From Spirulina sp. (GTDB lineage: Bacteria; Cyanobacteriota; Cyanobacteriia; Phormidesmidales; Phormidesmidaceae): a stretch of DNA of 64,000 nt. The stretch lies in assembly GCA_044070495.1 (NCBI GenBank), contig JBIPSI010000003.1, positions 64,001 through 128,000 on the forward strand, given 5' to 3'. The position numbers and the translations under genes are program-made. Positions 58,287 to 64,000 of this stretch are shown piece after piece (position 1 is the first letter of the stretch; the number at the start of each line of letters is the position of its first letter). The notes beneath the pieces are model-generated. The model ran no database searches and was not told the origin of the DNA. It was given only the letters and a program-made list of their open reading frames with translations.

Positions 58287-59669
58287 ATGCTGATCTACCC
58301 CCAGGCCATTATGGCGACCCAGGCTGCTGCTTTCGGAACAGACTATCCGGCCCTGAACTCTGCCAACGCGATGGCGGCAAGCTGCACCTGGTTGGCCATG
58401 CCGTCTCTATTCACGAAGGACTCACACCAGCAAGAACCAACCCTGTTTGGCGGAGCCACCATCGACAGCAGCGGTCTTCAGGTACCTAACAATGGTAGTG
58501 CCGGGGCAGCTTGGCCCAGCCCTAGCAACTTTGAGCGGATCAATCAATCGGGGCAGTTCTCCATCGCGTGGTTTGGCCGCCCCCTGTCCTACGCGACCGA
58601 CGGAATGTTCTTGAACGCTCCGCTGACGAGCACGACGACGATTTCTTTTACTCGCCTCGCTAGGGCTGGGAATACCGCCTACGGCCATACTCGCTGGCTC
58701 AATGCCGCTAATCATGTCTTCGCCGACCTCTATAACAGCGGCCAGGGCGATCACATCTTTGCCAATGCTACACAGCAGTATGTGTTGACCTTCAACGGCA
58801 GCACCGTTTGCCTCTATCGAAACGGTGCTTTGGCCTTCCAAGGCAACTTTTCGCCGGGGGTGGCCTCCAGTGATACGTCCGTTCGTCACATCACCCTTTG
58901 TAATCGTTCCCCAGATGACCTGCGAAACGGTATCCAGGCCGCCGATGTATCCCTCGCTGCTCTCTTTGACCGTGCCCTATCTCTGACCGAGGTGCAGTCG
59001 TTGGGGAGCAACCCTGGCCAGCTTATCCTCTCGAATGCGCCACCCTCCTACGATTACCCAGCAATTTCAGGGGCGCACAGCATTGGCCAGGACGTGGTCT
59101 GGGCACTCGATGCCACACGGTTTGAGAAAGATTCAACGGAGGCAGAACCCCTCCTTAACGGTGCGGCTAGCTTCACGACAGCAGGCTTGACCATGGCCAA
59201 CACCTGGAGCGACTGGGCGCAGTTCCAGATCGATTATGTTCCGGTTCGCAATGCGGGACAGTGTACGGTATGGCTCGATGCGAACATTACAAGCTGGGAA
59301 TCCTGGGGAGACCTAATGTTTGAGTCTCCCGATATTGGCGGCTGGCGAATCTTTCGGGATGCGAGTACAGCAGATATTGTCTTCCGCTGGCCGAGCAGTA
59401 AAAGCGCTAGGTTCTCAAACCAAGTGATGACGACATCCCAAGCCTTGGCCATTACCCACGATGGTGGCACCGTGCGCCTCTACCGAAATGGGGTGCTAGT
59501 CGCCACGACCTCCGGCCAGTCCATCGGAACAGGCGAGTATGGCGCAAATCGGTTTGGCTATGGCGTGAATATGGTGCTGCGGCGGGCCTTTGTCGCGAAG
59601 CGTTCACTGTCGGCCAGCGAAATATCGAGTCTCTATAGCAACTGGAGTCAGTTTCTCCTCAACCCGTAA
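58287..59669 (+). CDS. Tandem LamG/concanavalin-A-like domain protein (receptor-binding candidate)
   Basis: Two repeats, each with 'DYPA...LTFNGSTVCLYRNG / ITHDGGTVRLYRNG...R(A/S)LS..E(V/I)..L'. Confidence 0.78.
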   Translation: MLIYPQAIMATQAAAFGTDYPALNSANAMAASCTWLAMPSLFTKDSHQQEPTLFGGATIDSSGLQVPNNGSAGAAWPSPSNFERINQSGQFSIAWFGRPLSYATDGMFLNAPLTSTTTISFTRLARAGNTAYGHTRWLNAANHVFADLYNSGQGDHIFANATQQYVLTFNGSTVCLYRNGALAFQGNFSPGVASSDTSVRHITLCNRSPDDLRNGIQAADVSLAALFDRALSLTEVQSLGSNPGQLILSNAPPSYDYPAISGAHSIGQDVVWALDATRFEKDSTEAEPLLNGAASFTTAGLTMANTWSDWAQFQIDYVPVRNAGQCTVWLDANITSWESWGDLMFESPDIGGWRIFRDASTADIVFRWPSSKSARFSNQVMTTSQALAITHDGGTVRLYRNGVLVATTSGQSIGTGEYGANRFGYGVNMVLRRAFVAKRSLSASEISSLYSNWSQFLLNP

Positions 59670-59764
59670 AGGTCATAGCAACAGCAGGATGACTAACCCT
59701 TGAAAGATCGTCCAGCCAACAACGGCGATCACGTTGCTGTGTTCAAGGTCTTGTGGTGGCATCC

Positions 59765-60946
59765 CTAAAGTCCTGCATTGTATTTGGCCAAGATGGAGCG
59801 GGTATAGGCATCGATGCTCGGATACTCCCGCCCGCCGTAAAATTGTCGCCCTGTGTTGTTGTAGAGGTGGGGACGGCCACTATACCAACGACTCGCCACG
59901 CGCCGAATGGCGGTGTCCTGGTCATGGCCCTGGGCTAGTTCCTCCGCCAGGTAAAGGCCTAATCGGTGGTTGATGATAGCGATTTGGATGGCAGGGCTAT
60001 TGAGGAACTCCCCCCGGCTCACCTCGCGACCTAGGGCGGCACGACTCCAAGCAGGTAGGTTATTGGGCATCACCTGACCATAGCCCAGCGCACCGGAGTC
60101 GGGATTGACGGCACGAAAATTGCCGCTAGATTCATGACCAATGATGACTCGGCGCAGGCGGTCAAGGGATACGCCCCCCTGGGTAGATCCGCCCCCGCCG
60201 GAGCCATAGGCCGTCGGACGCAGGGCGGAATGAAAGTTCGACCGTCCGTTTCCGTTGAAGTCGGTGTGGATGGAGCGCTGCCGCACTGGCGCGGATCGGG
60301 TGCTGCGATCCACCATCTGCCCCTGCCCAATATAGACACCGACATGGGTTACTTTTCGTCGTCCATCAGCCCCCGGCAACACCCGTCCACCACCGTTGTA
60401 GGTTTCGTGGAACATGACGATATCTCCGGGCTGAAGCTGGGTCGGGTCTAGAATGATCTGCCCTAGTTCTGGCCCAAAGAATGAATCCGCCATCAGTGGC
60501 CCTGCGCTACCCTTTGCCGTCGGAATGGCTATCCCAGCCTCTTGTAGGACGACTCTTACAAAGTCGGCACAGCGCTCGGTTTGCCTAGGCTTAAAGTCTC
60601 GTCCCACCCATGCTGTCGCCTTGGTGGCCACCGTCTGGCCTAGGGCCGACCCGCCAGAGGGGGCAACCGCATTGACGGAAGGATTTGCCTGTCCTAGCCC
60701 TAGCCATTGCCCAGCCCGACTCTGGCTAATCTGGGCACCCAAGGCCTGAACCGCCATGACCAGGGCACACAGGCCGATGATGGCCCAGATAATGCCCAGT
60801 TCAATGACATCGCTGGAGGTACCCGCTGCATTGGCGGTTTCTTCATTGTTATCCCGATTTTTCTGGGCGACCCGCAGAAGCTGCTCTAGCAGTTCCACCT
60901 GTCGCTTCTGGATGGCATGGATATCATCGGTAGCGGGGGCGGTCAC
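59765..60946 (-). CDS. Membrane-anchored peptidoglycan hydrolase: NlpC/P60 plus lysozyme/SLT-like domain
   Basis: TM helix; 'ERCADFV...LQPGDIVMF...THVGVYIG'; then 'IIGHESSGNF.AVN..SGALGYGQVMP'; GTG 60946 overlaps the upstream TGA. Confidence 0.82.
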   Translation of the reverse strand: MTAPATDDIHAIQKRQVELLEQLLRVAQKNRDNNEETANAAGTSSDVIELGIIWAIIGLCALVMAVQALGAQISQSRAGQWLGLGQANPSVNAVAPSGGSALGQTVATKATAWVGRDFKPRQTERCADFVRVVLQEAGIAIPTAKGSAGPLMADSFFGPELGQIILDPTQLQPGDIVMFHETYNGGGRVLPGADGRRKVTHVGVYIGQGQMVDRSTRSAPVRQRSIHTDFNGNGRSNFHSALRPTAYGSGGGGSTQGGVSLDRLRRVIIGHESSGNFRAVNPDSGALGYGQVMPNNLPAWSRAALGREVSRGEFLNSPAIQIAIINHRLGLYLAEELAQGHDQDTAIRRVASRWYSGRPHLYNNTGRQFYGGREYPSIDAYTRSILAKYNAGL

Positions 60947-61158
60947 GGTGCATCGCTCCAAAATTCGTCAAAGCCATTGGCGACAGGATCTTCCTGGAAT
61001 GGGTCAACGGGGGGTGGAGGTGGCTCATCCCCGTTATTCTCCACATCTGGTTGGATGACCCCTTCGAGGTGGTGAGCAAACGGGATACGGTATTCGAGCA
61101 TCTTGAACAACATGGCGATGGTCAACAGCCACGCCAAGATCCGAAGCGGCTTGATCAT
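60943..61158 (-). CDS. Small membrane protein
   Basis: N-terminal TM and Pro-rich tail; overlaps both neighbours. Confidence 0.6.
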   Translation of the reverse strand: MIKPLRILAWLLTIAMLFKMLEYRIPFAHHLEGVIQPDVENNGDEPPPPPVDPFQEDPVANGFDEFWSDAP

Positions 61159-61382
61159 TCCGGCTGGCCCCCCTGGATACGGCAGTTTTCGCCATTCTTG
61201 TTACACATCAGCGCCTCAGCCTCTCCGGCCTGCTGTAGTGCCCCGTTCCACATCCCGGCAAACACCAGACTGGCTGGCTGGATAGCATCTACCACGGCGA
61301 AAAAAATGGGACTCAAAACCCCGGCGCTACCCAGGGATACCACGACGACAAGGACGGTCATGTGGCCAACTACCTTAAACAT
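61155..61382 (-). CDS. Small hydrophobic protein
   Basis: MFKVVGHMTVLVVVVSLGSAGVLSPIFFAVV...; overlaps both neighbours. Confidence 0.55.
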   Translation of the reverse strand: MFKVVGHMTVLVVVVSLGSAGVLSPIFFAVVDAIQPASLVFAGMWNGALQQAGEAEALMCNKNGENCRIQGGQPE

Positions 61383-62631
61383 TGAAGCGATCTCCGTATT
61401 CACTGAACAACACTCGTACCCGTTCGTCCCGGTAGTTCCCGGTCTTCTTGTCGCGCCCCATGTGACCATGGAGCTTCAGCAGTTTGCACAGTCCGGTAAA
61501 ACTGGTCACGCTGCCGTCCTCTAGGGCCGCGTCTACCTTGGCCCGCACCTGGTCGATCCAAGGGGCATCATCAAACACCCAGTTCACTTGGCACTGGCTG
61601 CGGTCGGGCAATGTCTTGACCTGGGCGGTGGAGAAGGGCAGCTTTGAGAAGCTACCGGGCCGCACCACAGCGGTTGTAAATCGGGCGGTCGGCGAAGACG
61701 CAATCTGCGCCTTGAGGGTGGCAATCAGTTCTTTGCTATTGGCCTTGATGTCCTGGGGCCAGGACACCGTAGAGTCCCCCACTGTCATGCCCATAATCAC
61801 AGCGGTCATCGGCCACAGCACGGAGCTATCAATGCCGTTCTCGCCCTTCTTCGGGCTGTGCATTCCTAGGTAGATCCGCATCCCAAACTTGCGCCCACCC
61901 CGGACGATCTCGCCGATCCACTCCAGCGCTTGCTCCCGTCGATCCTTCGGGATACAGTCCTGAAACTCGTCGATGACGATTGCAGCGATGGTTTCGGTTT
62001 TCAAATTTCCGGCCATCCGCCGCTTAAACTCTTGATGAAAAGCCTTCAGCGCTGCAAAGGCATCCTCGCCACTTTTTCGGGCGGGCACCTGCTCCCTGGG
62101 GATACCGTTCAGCCAGGTATCGATAGGCTTTTCCTCGTCCGGGTCATAGTGGGGGTCACAGATAGCCCAGAGACAGTCCAGCCCGTGGGCTTTGACCAAC
62201 ATATCGACGTGATGCTTCAAATTGACGGACTTACTGGTGCCGGGTTCACCGATGTAAACGGTAGACCAAGACCAGAACTCGTTGGACACCCAGGACGCGG
62301 GGGCCAGATCTTCCAGCACCAATGTCCTCATCGGTCTCAGCCGTCGGGCGATTGCTGGCCCCAGGTCGGGGAAGTTGTCCACGTCATTCACGGCTATATC
62401 AAAGTCGTCCAAGACCTGCCCCATGGCAACAACAACTTCGGTAGCCGTTACCTGGTACTCCCGTCGGTAGTAGCGCGAGAGTAAGAGACTGGGCAGGCCC
62501 GTCATACCGCCGATGATGGCGACGGGAAGAGAATTCGCTACTAGACCCAGGACGCAATTCACCGTTCCGGCTAGGCCCAGGACGCCGCTCAACAGCACCA
62601 ACCGAGGCGCTGCATTCTGCTGCCGTTCCAT
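61375..62631 (-). CDS. Membrane-anchored FtsK/HerA-superfamily ATPase (coupling-protein-like)
   Basis: Two N-terminal TMs; variant Walker A 'GEPGTSKS'; Walker B 'IVIDEFQD'; 'GRKFGM'. Confidence 0.72.
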   Translation of the reverse strand: MERQQNAAPRLVLLSGVLGLAGTVNCVLGLVANSLPVAIIGGMTGLPSLLLSRYYRREYQVTATEVVVAMGQVLDDFDIAVNDVDNFPDLGPAIARRLRPMRTLVLEDLAPASWVSNEFWSWSTVYIGEPGTSKSVNLKHHVDMLVKAHGLDCLWAICDPHYDPDEEKPIDTWLNGIPREQVPARKSGEDAFAALKAFHQEFKRRMAGNLKTETIAAIVIDEFQDCIPKDRREQALEWIGEIVRGGRKFGMRIYLGMHSPKKGENGIDSSVLWPMTAVIMGMTVGDSTVSWPQDIKANSKELIATLKAQIASSPTARFTTAVVRPGSFSKLPFSTAQVKTLPDRSQCQVNWVFDDAPWIDQVRAKVDAALEDGSVTSFTGLCKLLKLHGHMGRDKKTGNYRDERVRVLFSEYGDRFNV

Positions 62632-63413
62632 TACTCCGTCCCTCCATAGAGAATCCGCTGTAGTCCACCGGGGCGGGCTGCTGCTGCTGGAGTTGAGACG
62701 GCAGGGGCCACAGGAACCGCAGGGGCCGGGTCGGTGGAACGGTCAGTTCCTTCCCAGATCCGCTGGGCCTCTGCCAACTGACCTGCCTCTAGCCGTTCGA
62801 GGTTGTCTCGGCGTAGCTCAACCCTAGCCGTCACCTCATTGAAGACCTGGGCCAAACGAGCTACGTCCCTGGCTACCGAGTCACTGCACAGGGGCAGTCC
62901 CTCACGGCTGTATAGCAGGTCGCCAAGGTAGAGCAAGGCTTGGGTGTCCAGAATGATGGCCCGCGCCTTGCCAATGCTTTCCGCATCTCCCTGGATGGAT
63001 GCGGAGGTGGTCTGGTTCCACTGATTGACACGCTTTAGATGAGCGGCCATCTCAAGCTGAAAGACCTCTTCCATGGGCTGGCTGGTCTGCCGCGCCCAGG
63101 AGTGCAGCTTGGCACTTAGCTCCTGCGCCCTGGCGCAAAGGAGAGCCTCGTTGAGCGCTGACCAATCGTCGTAGGCCACGCGCACAGCCTGATGTGCCAC
63201 TAACAGATCGCTTTGGTAGATGAAGGCTTCCTCGGCCTGAGCAATGGCTTCTCGTTCCGCATCCCGTTCTGCCTGTACCGCATCAACGGCGGTACGAACC
63301 GCTGTCAGGGGCAGAGATATGGTGGGATTTCGATAGCTGATGACAGCGCGGATAACCCCAGCACTGATGATCGTTCCACCCACAATAATCAAGGCCCAAT
63401 ACGCTCGTTTCAT
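62631..63413 (-). CDS. Single-TM coiled-coil protein
   Basis: N-terminal hydrophobic helix and helical body; TAATG overlap with the ATPase gene. Confidence 0.7.
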   Translation of the reverse strand: MKRAYWALIIVGGTIISAGVIRAVISYRNPTISLPLTAVRTAVDAVQAERDAEREAIAQAEEAFIYQSDLLVAHQAVRVAYDDWSALNEALLCARAQELSAKLHSWARQTSQPMEEVFQLEMAAHLKRVNQWNQTTSASIQGDAESIGKARAIILDTQALLYLGDLLYSREGLPLCSDSVARDVARLAQVFNEVTARVELRRDNLERLEAGQLAEAQRIWEGTDRSTDPAPAVPVAPAVSTPAAAARPGGLQRILYGGTE

Positions 63414-63415
63414 CG

Positions 63416-63751
63416 CTACTGTCCCTCTCTCAAATCTTGCAAAACATAGGCAATCGCCGCTCGTTGGTCATCGGACAGATCCCGTCGTCCGGTCTGTCGG
63501 TAAAGAAATAGGGCCACCTCCGCGTTGATCCATCCCTGCAATTGGGTTCCAACCCAGCGCCATAGGATCAACCAAGCCACCAGGCAACCCGTGATCGCGA
63601 TCAGGCTCCCGGCCTGATAAACATCCAGCAAGTCAAACTGTCGCCCTAGGTAGTAAGCGATCACGATTCGCCGAACGATGGTGCTGGTGACGATGCCACC
63701 CAAGAACACCGTGAGCGCAGTAACCCAGAACAACCTGCTGATTCGTCTCAT
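63416..63751 (-). CDS. Two-TM membrane protein
   Basis: 111 aa with two hydrophobic helices; GAGG SD. Confidence 0.68.
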   Translation of the reverse strand: MRRISRLFWVTALTVFLGGIVTSTIVRRIVIAYYLGRQFDLLDVYQAGSLIAITGCLVAWLILWRWVGTQLQGWINAEVALFLYRQTGRRDLSDDQRAAIAYVLQDLREGQ

Positions 63752-63760
63752 CCGACTACC

Positions 63761-64000
63761 TCACAGCACTGACAAGTCAACTTCGATGGCTCCCCCACCG
63801 GGGGCGGGTGCTGGGGGAGGGCCGGGGCTGGGGGTGTCGCTTTTGCTGGGCACGGGCGGAGCCTCTCCCGCCTCCAATGCCGCAATCAAGGACTGTACTT
63901 GGTCGGCATACTTGGCGATCAGCGCGGCTTGCCGATTATTCAAAGCTGGATGGTGCTGGGCCTGCTCGGCGTAGACCGTCAGGACGTGGGGCAGCAGGGT
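63761..64000 (-). CDS. C-terminal part of hypothetical protein (5' end outside window)
   Basis: Frame is open to the window edge; Pro-rich C-terminus. Confidence 0.55.
   Translation of the reverse strand, partial: TLLPHVLTVYAEQAQHHPALNNRQAALIAKYADQVQSLIAALEAGEAPPVPSKSDTPSPGPPPAPAPGGGAIEVDLSVL

Larger units (their letters stand above)
1..59669 (+). mobile_element. Myovirus-like (P2/Mu-like) prophage or phage-plasmid virion module, interrupted at 15760-41473; true ends not in view
   Basis: Canonical order of portal, minor head, scaffold, capsid, neck, sheath, tube, chaperone, tape measure, baseplate and fibre genes, all on the + strand with many overlapping stop/start codons. Confidence 0.92.

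Noticed and set aside
1..59669. Element-wide TAG reassignment, suggested by the in-frame TAG at 51010
   Set aside because: TAG ends many clearly complete genes (8153, 14331, 46414, 49956, 54190), often followed closely by the next start.
12820..59669. Interpretation as a pure tailocin or extracellular contractile injection system
   Set aside because: Portal, minor head, scaffold and capsid genes are present in order, so it is a head-bearing phage-like element.
51941..59669. Diversity-generating retroelement or invertible fibre cassette
   Set aside because: No reverse transcriptase, recombinase, adenine-specific repeat pair or flanking inverted repeats were seen; the paralogues differ throughout.
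59765..60946. Calling the NlpC/P60-lysozyme gene the phage endolysin
   Set aside because: It is on the opposite strand, TM-anchored and coupled to an ATPase/membrane operon; a lysis role is not excluded but is unsupported.

Overview
This window looks cyanobacterial, judging from the HTH-NB-ARC-WD40, pentapeptide-repeat, LexA and NfeD-like genes. It is dominated by a GC-rich, contractile-tailed (P2/Mu-like) prophage or phage-plasmid virion gene cluster on the + strand. The head and tail genes run from 1 to 15759 (probable terminase end, portal, minor head, scaffold, decoration, major capsid, neck, sheath, tube, frameshifting tail chaperone). They resume from 41474 to 59669 (tape measure, baseplate U/X/D/V/W/J/I, a duplicated tail protein pair, fibre, and a LamG receptor-binding candidate). 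Between the chaperone and tape-measure genes, which are normally adjacent, lies a ~25.7 kb mostly lower-GC island with no recognisable integrase or transposase. It carries an HTH-NB-ARC-WD40 STAND protein, a complete class I DISARM operon led by a translationally coupled EVE-domain gene, a LexA paralogue lacking the catalytic lysine, a pair of LexA boxes around a candidate small RNA, a NERD-SF1 helicase and a pentapeptide-repeat protein. The right end (59765-64000, - strand) is a tightly coupled operon of membrane proteins, an FtsK/HerA-like ATPase and an NlpC/P60-lysozyme hydrolase, resembling a conjugation module. No CRISPR array, rRNA, tRNA, integrase or reverse transcriptase was seen. All calls rest on motif reading and gene order; no database searches were run.
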